Assembly: GCA_013115145.1 (NCBI GenBank)
Contig: JAAPAO010000146.1
Coordinates: 1 to 62,667 of the forward strand
Length of the DNA stretch: 62,667 bases
Reading direction: 5' to 3'
Origin: Perkinsus chesapeaki ATCC PRA-425
Taxonomy: Eukaryota; Protista; Perkinsozoa
The translations under genes and the position numbers were made by a program. Of this stretch, positions 1 through 12,357 are shown piece by piece (position 1 is the stretch's first letter; the number at the start of each line of letters is the position of its first letter). Under the pieces are notes generated by a model. The model was not told the origin of the DNA. It made no database searches and saw only the letters and a list, made by a program, of their open reading frames with translations.

Positions 1-131
1 TCGCAGAGAATGTAGGATTGAGCAGGTTGGCAAGTTTAGCAAGAAAGTCAGGTTGCTCAATTCGATTGCACCGTTCTACCGTGCTCAGTCTATATACCTA
101 CGTAGATATTTTCGTTATTGTTCAACTCAAT

Positions 132-1267
132 ATGTTCATCGGAAAGACCACTTGCTGTATTGTCACTGGTGGTGCCTCCGGACTCGGCGAAACAACTGCT
201 CGCATGCTCGCGGCAAAAGGCGCGAAAGTTGCTGTTTTGGATATCAACGAGGACAAAGGAGAGGCTGTTGCCAAGGCCATAGGTAGGGCCCTCTCAAGCC
301 TTCTGCTCTACTGTGTCCTCCCCACGAGGAAGTGCTCATACTGCAGCCCTCAGGTGGTCATTTTGTACAAGTCAACCTTCTGGATGAGTCATCGATCGAG
401 AAGGCGATGAACGATGCTATCAGCCTCCTAGGTGAGCACCTTGTCGTTGAAATATCACGCGGTTGTTATCGTAATAGTAGATCCGCGCTCTCATGTAGAA
501 AATAATGAAAGACATTCGAAGCTGAGTATTATACCTTGTCATATCTCAGGCTGCGTGCATGTGGTCGTCAACTCTGGCGGAGCGGCTATTGCCGAGCGTG
601 TCGTCAACCACGTTGCTAGGCCCCATAATATTCAGGTGGGTGCCCAACAATGTCGGCGTTGTGCGCTCTATTCAATTGTTCTAGGCGTTTGCTGCGAACG
701 TTAATCTCAATCTTGTCGGGACATTCTCAGTGTCTGTGAAAGCAGCGGCTGTGATGGCCAAACAGGTAACGTTAGTGTAAAGATCTATGTGTAGAACTCG
801 TTTGATCAGGACCCAGTTAACGATGATGGCGAACGCGGGGTCATTATCAACGTTGCCTCGATTGCTGCCTTCGAAGGTCAACAGGGACAATCCGCTTACT
901 CTGCGAGTAAGGCGGGCGTGGTAAGCTTCCCTCCTGCCAATGAAATTTCAATAAGAACTAGGTCGGTTTGGCTCTTCCCATGGCCAGGGATCTTGCCCCG
1001 TTCGGTATCAGAGTAAACACCATCGCCCCGGGCATCATCAGTAGCCCGATGGCCGATTCAATCCCATTGAAGGTAGCCTTCGTCCTAAGCAATGAATCCC
1101 GAAGGACTTTGTAGGTTCAAGAACGTCTTCTTAAAACTCAATGCTTCCCTGCCCGTTTTGGCAAATCCGAAGAGTTCGGCATGCTCGTAATTCACATGAT
1201 CGAAAACTCGTACATGAACGCGGAGGTTGTCAGAATGGATGCCGGGCAGAGAATGGCCAAACTATAA
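132..1267 (+). CDS. HSD17B10: Short-chain dehydrogenase/reductase, 3-hydroxyacyl-CoA dehydrogenase type-2 (HSD17B10-like), copy 1, multi-exon
   Basis: TGGASGLG Rossmann motif, [28 protein letters not shown] (YxxxK), [18 protein letters not shown]-terminal [16 protein letters not shown]; GT-AG introns. Confidence 0.88.
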
Positions 1268-1610
1268 GCTAAAAGCTGAGTGGCGTAAGTGGAGCTGCGC
1301 GACTAAGTTTTGACTAAATTGTAGATGCTAGATAGTCTTATATTCAGTTTTTATTTGGCTGAAGCATTGAGTTCAGTATATCATTAGAACAGAATTAGGA
1401 CAGGTAACGACTTAGGACCTTCAAAACCGAGAATAATTCGGTATCAGCTCAGAGACTGTTCCACAAAAGCATCAGTAAAGAAAGATACATCAGTTCGTCG
1501 GCGCGGGAATAGGTTTACAGTAAACTCTCATATCCAGCCCAACTGATATTCCAGTGTTTTGCCCTTTTCGATGCGTCAGAGAACAGCGCTCGACATGTAA
1601 GGTTTTGCAT

Positions 1611-1683
1611 GGGGGACTAGCTCAAATGGTAGAGCGCTCGCTTAGCAAGCGAGAGGCACCGGGATCGATGCCCGGGTTCTCCA
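1611..1683 (+). tRNA. tRNA-Ala(AGC)
   Basis: 73-nt cloverleaf, GGGGGAC/GTTCTCC acceptor with G3:U70, anticodon loop TTAGCAA, eukaryotic Ala T-loop ATCGATG, followed by TTTT. Confidence 0.97.
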
Positions 1684-2046
1684 TTTTATTTCTGTTGAGT
1701 CTTGGTACCGCACTTCCAACGGGTTTCCTGATTTCGTCTGACTGTCCTGATTCACTAAAGACTCCGAATTTCATAGAGACCTGAGGCTGGTTCTAGATCC
1801 TCCACCTTCTGTTCCTCGACTATCACTTATCCGTGTCGCATTGTGCACTTGGACATAAAACCGTCAGTGTTTCTGCGCGATCGGTCGCTTTACTGCATTA
1901 AACTTCGCCCGGAGCTCCGAGAATCTTACGTGTTGTCCCCCAATACCTCGCGAACGGCATTCGACGAGAACTGGCTATCGATGAGATGTTCGTCTGGCAG
2001 CCTAATTCATGTGCATATTAGTCATAGTTGTTTCCGTCGAATCAAT

Positions 2047-3153
2047 ATGCTCATCGGTACGACCACTTGCTGTATTGTCACTGGTGGTGCCTCCGGACTC
2101 GGCGAAACCGCTGCACGCATGCTCGCGGCAAAAGGCGCGAAAGTTGCTGTTTTGGATATCAACGAGGACAAAGGAGAGGATGTTGCCAAGGCCATAGGTA
2201 GGGTCCTCTCAAGGGTTCTGCTCCACTGTATCGCCCCCACGAGGAATTGGTCATACTGCAGCTCAGGTGGCCATTTTGTACACATCGACCTTCTGGATGA
2301 GTCATCGATCGAGAAGGCGATGAACGAAGCTATTCGCTGCTTAGGTGAGCCTTCCGCACTGGCCTGTTAGAAGAGACTCGTTCAGTAGCGAGGCGCGCGG
2401 CGGAAGGTGGATATGACAATTCGTTCCCTTTTCAGGTGCGGTGCACGTGGTTGTGAACTCTGGCGGGGGAGGCATAGCTGATCAAGTTGTCAACCGTGCT
2501 GGCAAGCCCCATGACATCCAGGTGGTCAGCCATCGGTCACCTGCTTGCGAGATACGATTGTTTTGTGTCAGTCGTTTGCTGCGAACGTTAATCTCAATCT
2601 TGTCGGGACATTCTCAGTGTCTGTGAAAGCAGCGGCTGTGATGGCCAAACAGGTAACGTAAACGTAAAGATCTATGTAGAACTCGTTTGATCAGGACCCA
2701 GTTAATGATGATGGTGAACGCGGGGTCATTATCAACGTTGCCTCTATTGCTGCCTTTGATGGCCAGCAAGGGCTATCTGCCTATTCCGCGAGTAAGGCCG
2801 GCGTGGTAAGACATTATCGTTCGTAACTATTTCAATGATAATTCCAGGTCGGCTTGGCGCTTCCAATGGCTCGGGATCTTGCCCCGTTCGGCATCAGAGT
2901 CAACACCCTCGCGCCCGGCACCATCAGGAGCCCGATGTCTGATAAAATCTTACCGAAAGTAAGTCCAGGTTTGCGATCCCCGGTTGGACGGGTGTGGTAG
3001 GTTCAGAAGCGGCTACTCCAGACTCTTTCCTTCCCTGCCCGTTTTGGCAAATCCGAAGAATTCGGCATGCTCGTGATTCACATGATCGAAAACTCGTACA
3101 TGAACGCAGAAGTAGTCAGAATGGATGCCGGGCAGAGAATGGCCAAACTGTAA
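2047..3153 (+). CDS. HSD17B10: SDR, HSD17B10-like, tandem copy 2
   Basis: Same exon layout as copy 1; [16 protein letters not shown], ends [10 protein letters not shown]. Confidence 0.88.
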
Positions 3154-3485
3154 CCCAGCGTAGCTTCTTGTTTACAGCTTTTTTGACTTAAACCGGAAGC
3201 TAAATGTTACTTTTCCGCGCATATCGAGTCGAGTTCAAAGCAAGCCGTATACAGCGGTATGTAGCCCACCTGATGGTGTACTATCTCGCTCTAGCTACTA
3301 TCAAGCGAAACCACACAAAAGCCCCTTCAGTTACTTAGATTGATAACCACTTCTAACTAGTAACTAGTTTAACTAATACATGACTATTAACACAACACAG
3401 AGAAAAGAATTCAAACCTGAAGCCTTGTCCAACCCACAAGAGGCCTACGCCTAATGTGTCCGATACTTAGCAACTATCGAGCAGT

Positions 3486-4134
3486 TTACTCCTCATCCTC
3501 ACCCTTAATAAGGTAAGTCATGGAGCACTTGCCGCAGTAGTAACGGTTGAAGTGGTTGGCCATGAAGACACCGGCACCACAAGAGGAGTTGGGGCACTGC
3601 TTGCGGAGGCGCTGGACCTTGTTGTCGGCATCGACCTTGTAGAACTTCAAGGTGGCGAGCTTGACGTTCTTATGCTTATGCTTGTTCTTCTTGGGGGCGG
3701 TGTAAGTCTTCTTCTTACGCTTCTTGCCACCTCCCAAAAGATCCAAGTTGAGAGCAAGGACGGAATCCTGAAAAGAACGAGCTTGAAGCATGCACGAAAG
3801 AGAGGAAGAAGATCCACCAAACACGACCTCCACCATCCAAACCCTTATTATTACATCAGTGATTCCGGCATGAGCGAGCAGAACCTCGTCTTCGAGAGCG
3901 GCACCGGCGAAGAGAATGCGCTGGTCCTCAACAGGGATGCCTTCAGCGGCCTACGCAACGAAACAATAACGATGCGATCCTCGACAACCGATGGCAAGCC
4001 AAATCAGAGCAGCAAGCGTTTAGTTATCAACCAGTTTCTATTATCACCTGCACGCGGGCCTTCACATCGGCGACAGTGGTGGCACCGTTAACGGCAACGG
4101 TGTTGCCAGTAAGTGAGCGGACGAAAACTTGCAT
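3486..4134 (-). CDS. RPS27A: Ubiquitin-like (FUBI-like) domain fused to 40S ribosomal protein eS31/S27a, 3 exons
   Basis: Spliced [10 protein letters not shown]...[26 protein letters not shown]...[30 protein letters not shown], the eS31 zinc ribbon. Confidence 0.95.
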
Positions 4135-4329
4135 GGTTGTCGAGGGCTTCTTCATCCGATAGGTATCGATCGGGCCATAGCGGATGAGGCGAGCGCGTTT
4201 AACAAAACTTTGCACGACAAGTGCAAGAATCATACCAACTCGCCCTGAAAAAAAGATGAAACGGCTGAAAGATATTTTGTGATTGCGCACGTTTTTTAAA
4301 TTTTACATTCGGTAGTACTACCGTAAACA

Positions 4330-5044
4330 ATGATTACAACTGCTGAACGATTCGTTCTACTTGTGGTAACCTCTTCGAGGTGGATGGCAATGGGTGAGCG
4401 CCTATCCTCAATGGATGGGCGAGTTCTGTACAGGACTGCTCAGATTGTTAATATCAGTAACAACACTCAGGAATACTGGGATCCCAATGGAGAATGGACT
4501 AACACTACTCTGCAAGATTGGAGCAACTCGTCTTGGGAAGAATGGATGGCTCCCTTCGAGTATCCGGCCGAGATACCTCTAAAAACACCGGCGCCTAAAA
4601 AGGTAACGCTTAGCAGCAGCTCCTTATCTCGATAAAGTGCTATATTACTTTCTTTCAGACCGACACTTTCTTGTCAAGATTTGCCCAGTGGGGTTCGACC
4701 AAGAATCCGCCAAGAGCTAAAGCCGAGTCTCCCCTTCCGTATTCGTACAGGTCCTTCGGTCTCCTCGTCTACCTTGTGACCCCCCAGTCTGACATCTTCC
4801 CTGATCTATCCTATTGGGTAGTCGTCGTGATCCTCTGCCTAGTGATAACGGCAACCCTTATTTGCATGTAAGCCTCTTCAGGTTCGGTCCCTCGCCTGTC
4901 TATTATCGGATGCTTTTCAGATTTGCCAGCTGTGCTCGCCGCATCGCCGCCCCTGAGTCCGAAACGCCACTGGTGGAGCCTAAAGTGCTGGGAAGATGCT
5001 CCGAGGACCTGGATGAGATCGAGACATATACGGATGCCATATGA
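4330..5044 (+). CDS. Hypothetical single-pass membrane protein, multi-exon
   Basis: Exons joinable by GT-AG introns; hydrophobic YWVVVVILCLVITATLICM; no family recognised. Confidence 0.45.
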
Positions 5045-5219
5045 ATTAATGACGCCGTGATACTGTATATACATGCAAGGCTGTTGATCGCACATCTCTT
5101 TGTTTAACCTTTGTTGCGTTTGTTCCGGTGGCGGTGTCAACTTGGCTACACTAGAACTTGCAGCCCACTTGGAAATGACTTTCGGTGACTGGAGGTTTGT
5201 GCGATTGTTTTAGTTCACC

Positions 5220-5734
5220 ATGTATGACCCTTCTACAAGGGCACTGTTACAAACCCATGATCCACTGGAACAGGCAGGGACATTTGGCGGCCCATCGATA
5301 GCCCAGAGGACATTCCTCCGGACCAGAGAGGCACAGGCAGCAGGGGCTGCAGGGTACCACCAGACACCGGCGCTAGTTGTACCTCACAAAGGCCAATTTC
5401 AGAGGTCCCCTTGAGCTTTTACAGCAGTTGGGCGAGGATCCCAGTGGGGCAGCCCGGAAACGGAAGTCGAGGATGCGGGTTAGATACCCTGAACCGTACT
5501 AGTGGCAGTGGAAGGCGTGGAGACAGCTTGGTGGATGTTAGGGGATACTCCGACGCACGCGCATTGATGATACAGCGAAGTCTTGTGAAGCAAATACAAA
5601 CAGAGCGGGTGGAGGTTGGCCTTCGAAAGGAACGCCGGAAGGAAGAGCGAGCCAACTTGGCTCGGCAGAAGCTTAGAGAGATCGAGGAGAGAGAAGGAAA
5701 GTCTGAAGCAACGCTAAAGTCTCCTCCTCGGTGA
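5220..5734 (+). CDS. Hypothetical basic/coiled-coil protein
   Basis: Two adjacent ORFs (5220-5414, 5411-5734) probably joined by one intron; charged helical C-terminus. Confidence 0.4.
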
Positions 5735-6399
5735 CCGTCTTGAGTGATGTTGAGTTTTAGTGCTCTGTATGGGTGAAGGAGTGTTCGTAACGATGACTGT
5801 CGATAACCGTCTGCAGTTGCTTGGGGTCCACGAGAGTCCAGTGGGCAGTCCTGTATTTGGGGAGAGTGGAGACCTCTATGTCATGGAAGAGGGCTCTGGT
5901 GAGGTTTACAGGTAATTCCAGGGCCATGAGAGTTGTCGAAGTCACTGGGTGTGGCCGAAGGTATATGGGGATCGATGAGTGGCAGCATCCTGATGCAGCC
6001 GGGGAGCCGGACCCCTCCACGGAGATACGAGTTGTAGGCTCTTGGGGATTTACACAGCATTTGCAGTTCCTATGGTAGGCGGCGTGCGGGTCTTTTGCGG
6101 GAAGTCCAGAAGGGTTCGCCGGCGGTTGTCAGGGGTTTGCCTTTTATAGGGCGGAAAAGGAAGATGAGGTAGTTTGTAGTGGAATGGAGATGATGTGTCA
6201 AAGTAGCCCGCAGGGTTAAAGTCTTCGGGCTGGGCAAAGTCTACAAAGTTATTGATAAAGCATAGGCCTCGTTTTAATAGGGCCTGTCATAAACCATTCC
6301 CTACTGTGTCCAGGTATCCCACCCAACTGTGTCAATAGTAGCATGTGATACAGCCCAAGGAGCTCTGATAAAGGTGACTAGGACTATTCGTGATAATAA

Positions 6400-7572
6400 G
6401 AATGGTAGTATGGCGGGCAGAGGGGAACGGTGCGGACACTGGAGACGTGCACACGAACTTGGTTACTGGTCATGCTTATGGATTGAAGCATGACAAACTT
6501 GCTCATATTTTTGCTCGTGATCGCCCAGTAAAACTGAGGGTGCATCCGCCACAGGCTCAGCGCTGCGCGAGAAATGTGTTATGGGTTATAGTTCGGGTTA
6601 CTAAGAGCTCGACGGAGCGCTTTGATAATAGGCGCTTCGAAGCTGAAAGGAGAGAGATTGATGGTGCCGACAGATCTGGGATCGGAGGTCGAGAAATCTA
6701 TGGAACAGTCTACCGAAGTGTACGAATCCGTTTCGCGGTGTATGTGTGATGAGTAGCAGGCTCGTTAAAGGGTTCGAGGGCCTGCCTCTGTTGGGCCCAC
6801 ACAGTGTGACCAAGTGTACTGCGACTGGCTTCACCTACTTCACAGATTCTGGTAGGGATTTTGGCAGGAATTGCCATGCACTGGTCTAGGCCCTCTCGGA
6901 GAGTCGGGTCTTGGTCGACCATTGGGCTCCCTCTTCGCTATCGATCCAGTCACCAGCATGCTAATTCCGCTCATCACCAGATCGCTGGCGTACCCCGCAG
7001 GTAGTTGGCAGGCCCAACTGTGCTTGAGGTGTGGTGATGGCAGGTGTGGCTGTGACACAAAGGGAAGGGTGTCAAGCCATGGTGTCTGTGGTGTACGTGG
7101 CCGAAACCATGAAGAACAGGTGAACTCGCTGCCCGTCATCTCTGCGGTACACCCTTTCTATTCGTAGAGTCCTACGCTTCATCGAATATCCAGCAGGCAG
7201 TGGATCCTACCAGCCCTCCGTTTTCCACCAGCTCTCAGGGAGGCTCGGCCCGACTGCCTTGGCAGTGTCGGGCGCTGGTCACCTGTTCGTCGCCCATAAT
7301 GATATCGAAGGCCTCAGCGGTAAAACGCGGGCCGAATGCGTGAAGTTGATACCACTCTATTCCCTAATGTCAGGCACTGGGCGCATCTTGGCTCTGAGCG
7401 AAGAGGGGGAGGTTATTTCTACTATCACTCTTCCGCACGCCGACGTAACCGGTCTTGCAGTCTCTCCCGATCAGAAGTATCCCTGTACACGGTCGAGGGT
7501 GCTCGATGCCTGCTTAGGTTCCTCATTATCACGGAGAGCTCCTCATGTGGGGTGTATCGTTACAAGCTCTGA
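6400..7572 (+). CDS. SMP-30/gluconolactonase/LRE family beta-propeller protein (start approximate)
   Basis: Exons KGFEGLPLLGPHSV, YFTDSG|PLGESGLGRPLGSLFAIDP, VYVAETMKNR, GRILALSEEGEVISTITLPHADVTGLAVSPDQ, ITESSSCGVYRYKL*. Confidence 0.7.
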
Positions 7573-7698
7573 AAGGCAACTGCCATGTCTGTGTGAAATC
7601 CATGCGAACAGTGTTGGCTCCGTCACCGCGTTCTTTTGTTGTGTTAAGTGCACGGGTCGACCTTGAAAGCTCGGGCGTTCTCTGAGCTACTATACTGT

Positions 7699-8740
7699 AT
7701 GTTCCAGACAACACGGCATCTTCTCGGTCCCCCGAAGGCCCCTCGTAACGTCTTCTTTCCTTGGTTCAATTTCGTAAGTTCCCTCACCCGAACAACTGTG
7801 AGCACGTCCTCAGGTCGTCCATCGATCTGGAATGTACTTGGAACCAAATCGTATCGCATTCCGAGTTCCCGTGCATCTTACCAAGTTCGAGATCCGAGAG
7901 TATCTTCGAAAGGTGGCACTCCATCGAGGGACCGCCGCCGGGCGACGCCGTTGGTCAGATATACGGTGTGAAAGCGATTCGATGCACCGCAGTGGTGCGG
8001 TTCCCGAGGGTCATGAAGAACCGAGCCCGAGCCTATTACAAAAATGGGGCACAGTTCAAAAAAGTGGGGAGCTTGGTACCCCCCGGGGCGCGCATGGAGC
8101 GCTCAGGCGATCGTAACTTGTGAGGAGACCATACCGAACACGGTGAAAATGCTGTCGAGTTCTTCGTCGCCCCATTTGAACCCAGCAATTCATCGCAATA
8201 AGCTGAGTATGCAGTACGATTACATACCCTACAGGTGGGGGCATGGGAAGGGAAGCAAGGGAATGTAAGGCTCACGGTGGTCAGGTTTGGGCAGGATCGA
8301 AAGAACGATTGGAAGCCTCGCCACCGGCATGCATGGCGAGAGCCGATTCCTCTTCTGCTGAGGTGAGCTGCACTGTCGGCCTCGGTCAGGAATTGAGCTT
8401 GGTTGGTGTAGAGGTGAGCATGGCCATCCAACGATAACTAAGAGGGAGGAGATGGCATTGCGAATGGACACGACTCTGCCTCATCAGGACGTCATGAATA
8501 CAAAGAAGGCCATGCTTGACGGTGACGATCGCAGGCTGGTCTGATTGGAGGAAAACCGCTTGATCAGGTACACCGAGGCAGGCTTACCCCAGGATAGACC
8601 TTGCCGAGATACGTCGGCGAAAGTACGCATTCCAGCATCAGTTCGATCACTTGAAGGGGTCCGAGAACGTCCACATCGATGAATCTGAAGAAAGTGGTGG
8701 TCCCGAGCAAGAACCTCTTTTCCGTCTGTGATGTTGGCAT
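7699..8740 (+). CDS. MRPL23: Mitochondrial-type ribosomal protein uL23 with C-terminal extension (end approximate)
   Basis: NRIAFRVPVHLTKFEIREYLRK|IYGVKAIRCTAVVR...GAQFKK matches the uL23 core; N-terminus MFQTTRHLL resembles a presequence. Confidence 0.7.
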
Positions 8741-8920
8741 GTTTATGATGAGCTGCAGTTTCCGCTACTTGACATATTGTTCATCTTTTTACACGATAGT
8801 CATGTTGTAGAGATCATATGTGAGGATTCTAAGTACTCCGGTTGGAAGTCTTCGGGCATTCTATCGTCGCATGTTGACTTCGGTCACACCAGCTTTCTTT
8901 CTCAATCCTAAGGGTCACCC

Positions 8921-10694
8921 ATGGGCGACGAGGACAGTGATAGAGATCTTCTTGGCCTTGAAGCATTTGATGAGCCCCCCACGGATGACGAGCTCTTGGC
9001 CATGGCCAAGGGTGAACTGGGCGCGTGGCCCCACGCCCTCTATGTCAACCCGAATGTTGGGGTGAAGAAGACAGAGGAGTTTGGCGGCGGCCGCGGGCTC
9101 TATAACGTATCACAACAGGTGCTGAGGTTTGCAACTACTAATACGCCCACGATGCGCAGTGTATCAACGACGCTCCTGTCGTTCGTTTAGTCGGCGGGGG
9201 TTTTCAATGTTTTTCCCGACGAGACGTGCTGATAGTGAATCACTTTTAGTGATGGACAATATCCTTCCTTATACTTACCCGTGATCTGAAAGCCCTCATC
9301 CTTCAGCCCTGGATATCGTCGGTGTTGGTCAGGTGATCCCTGTTGGATCCCTCATAGCATTTGAGACACCACTTCTGATAGAAGACTCGTACGAGAAGCT
9401 GTTGAGCGCTCTGAAAAAGGCAGCTGCCGATCCCAAGAAGAAGGCTGTTATATCAAAGGCAAGGCCCTTTGTGACCTGAAGAGTGGAGTGTTGAGTATCT
9501 CAGCTATTCTCCGGGTCGGCAGAGGACGGCAACGATCTCGACTTGGAGGGAATTCTGTCCCACAATTACATGGCCGAGGAACTACTGCCTGTCAACGGCC
9601 GACGTGACGTTTCTGGTGATAGGCTTTTTAACAGAGTAATCGCGCCGTGTACGGCTAAGTGTAATTTTGGCTCCCTCAGGTTGGTCTGTGGCCATTCCTT
9701 TCAATGGCAAATCACTACTACTTGCCCAACGTCACGCGTTCTCATATCGGCAAGGAAGGCTATCTTGCCTCTAGAGCGATAAAAGATATAGCACCAGGTA
9801 AGCCGGAGCTGGAATGCCTGCTTGTAGCTCCCCCTATTTAGGTGAGCAAATCCTTGACAACTACTGTCCAACTTTGATGCCGTGGGTTGAGAGAAATAAA
9901 GTGACGCATTCTCAGCACGGCTTCAATGAGCCATTCGACCCTAAGTAACCACGACGCAGGTGGCGGTTGGTGTAGCCACTCACCTCAGATTCGACATGGC
10001 GCCGCCTGAGGAGCTCACTGCTCTCATGCAGGCAGTACGAGAAATCAAGGTGGGTGGGCTTAACTTCCTGTTCGGACTGGCGTATTCGTCTCAGCAAGCT
10101 CTCAAGGCTGGTCCGCCGACTGCTGAGCAGTACGCTCTCGCGGGAGAGGAGGGCGACTCCGATGGCTCGATTGAACCACCCACGGTGAAAGAGCACTCTG
10201 AGATGTGCTTCCAGGTGAGTGTGAAGTGCTTCCCCCTTCCCGTTAACCTTCCCGCTGTTTAGTCATTAATCGGCACACTCGAGGAAATAGATGGTACCTT
10301 GAAGGATCCCTCCTTAGCTGTGGCCTACTCCACGCTCGCCTACGCTGGTATGAGGCTTATTAATGCACTGCATCATCACCTCTCCTTTCAGCCAAGCTTG
10401 CTGAGGCGTATGAGCTGGAGGTGCACGCGTTATCGGAAGCTCTGGCTTTGGCGATGTCAAGAGAGCCATACAGCTTCGTTTCCTCCACTCTGAGCACTCG
10501 GCTGGCGCTTGCCGCCCGGCGGGTCCTGGACGACGATAAATGCAGCAAATTGGAACAGGTATATGGCCTTTACTTTCCGTAACAGCAGACAAGTCTCTCA
10601 GATGGCCAGGAAGCATTTCCGGACGGTGTTTGGCGGTGGAGACGCTCTCTTCGACTACTGCAATGATGCCCTCGTGGAGCCACACGCTCACTGA
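8921..10694 (+). CDS. SET-domain protein-lysine methyltransferase (SMYD-like layout)
   Basis: GGGRGLY (motif I), GLWPFLSMANHYLPNV (motif III), RAIKDIAPG|EQILDNY (motif IV), helical C-terminal region. Confidence 0.75.
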
Positions 10695-10801
10695 CAATCA
10701 CGTCTCTCAAATACAGGTCTTCTGTAAAGCGTTAGCATTTGCTTGTCAATAAATTCCTTGACTAATTGGTGGGAGCAAATCCGTTTGCGATCGCCCTCGA
10801 G

Positions 10802-12357
10802 ATGCAATCGGCCACCGCGGGTGCCGGACAATATTTCTACGGTCCTCCACGGGGATCATACAACATTCAACTAGCGCCACCGAACTCACTCAATACCTTC
10901 CGACCACCTACTTTCCCATCAATGCATGGTGGAGTCGTCAATATTACAGGTTTACCGAGTGAGTGGAAACCAGTCGATTTACCTTGCGGCTCCACCCACT
11001 ACTCTTCAGCTATCGAGGAGCTCTCCTCGTCATCATCTGACATCTCCGAAGAGGACGACTCGCCAAGCCTGGTGTCCAATGTCCTCTCTAAATTAAGCTG
11101 GAGACGCGATGAAGTAAAAATGCTTATTGATGCCCTTGCCAGGCTTTGGACCCGCCATGCGGCCTTGCCATTCGTGGCTTTTAGGATGACTCCCCCTCCT
11201 GGGCCGAGAGACTACCATCGCCTTCGGACGTCAGTGACTCATGTGCTGCAGTTAGAGGGGTGCATAATCATGAGTTTAGATCCAAGAGGCGATTTCAAGC
11301 GGCATGGCTAGATTCGAGGAGGGCGTGGATTCTGCATGGAGATGGATAACTCAGCCAGTGAGTCTCACAGTGTCTGGCTGCCTCATATCATTCACGCCAC
11401 GGTGGATGTTGTAATAGCATTACTGATCCTGTGAACTTCGAGAGATTGTTAATGACCAAAAGTGTTAGCATTCTTAATGCTGCTGTACTTGCCCAGATTC
11501 TCTTCTGTGGTGGAGGAGGCCCTATCAAGGAATATGATCCCACCACTGAGGTGCCCACGTGCTCTCTTCCGTGCCTATGTCTAGTTGTGTCAGGAAGTTA
11601 TATATGAGTGGGCGCCGGTCCTAGGCTATGATGCAGCTCCCCTCTTGGGAGCATCCGTTCCAGGTAGCATCGCGGAATGATTTCTGTTGACTCGTCGCGT
11701 CAGGGGAGGATCAGATGTATAGTGCTTTGGAGACGGTTTCATCCTCAGCAGCAGCAGCCTGCAGCCAAGGGAGTATTCTTCAAATCGACCGGCAGCCTTA
11801 TTCGATTTCGGATTCAGGTATATCAGCGAGCAGCTCGCAGGGCGGAGTATCCACCAGTGGTCGGTCACAGGCATCCACGGCGCAATCTTCCAACCCGGCT
11901 CCGGCATCTACAGCTCAGAAGGTGCTCGAGGACACTAGCAACATAGCCACACTTTTAGAATGATCCTCATTCGAACCTTTAATGCTCTGCCGTCTTCGTA
12001 GGTTATTGAAAATATGAGGATGCGGAGACGAGAAGAGCGCACGGCTTTGTTATCGACTCATATCTCCGCCATCCCCCCTCCGTGCGATGTTATCCCTGAT
12101 GAGGTCGAGAGCTCCCTGGATTCATTCAGAACAGCTGCTCAGCGCATCAGGTATGCATCAGTGCTCAGTTCACGCTAGTGGCCTCAGTTCTCCCCAGGTA
12201 GCCTGACGATCGCGCTGTCATTTGGTTCTCTACAAAGTTGCTTGGTCATGAACAACTCATGAGTGGCTCGATCTCTCTGTTGAGTTTACTTGCCGATTTC
12301 CCCTGCCTATCGGATGGCCACTCATTAGCTATTGAGGGCTCTGACAGGTGTAGCTAA
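10802..12357 (+). CDS. Hypothetical protein, multi-exon (end approximate)
   Basis: Long first exon and several GT-AG-bounded open segments; no family recognised. Confidence 0.4.

Noticed and set aside
3552-4091. 179-aa plus-strand ORF
   Set aside because: Antisense shadow of RPS27A, crossing its introns, with no protein-like motifs
5757-6078. Overlapping small ORFs on both strands
   Set aside because: No recognisable motif, start context or consistent splicing; not called
9271-9279. ATACTTACC, the U1 snRNA 5' end
   Set aside because: Downstream sequence does not continue as U1; it lies in an intron of the SET gene
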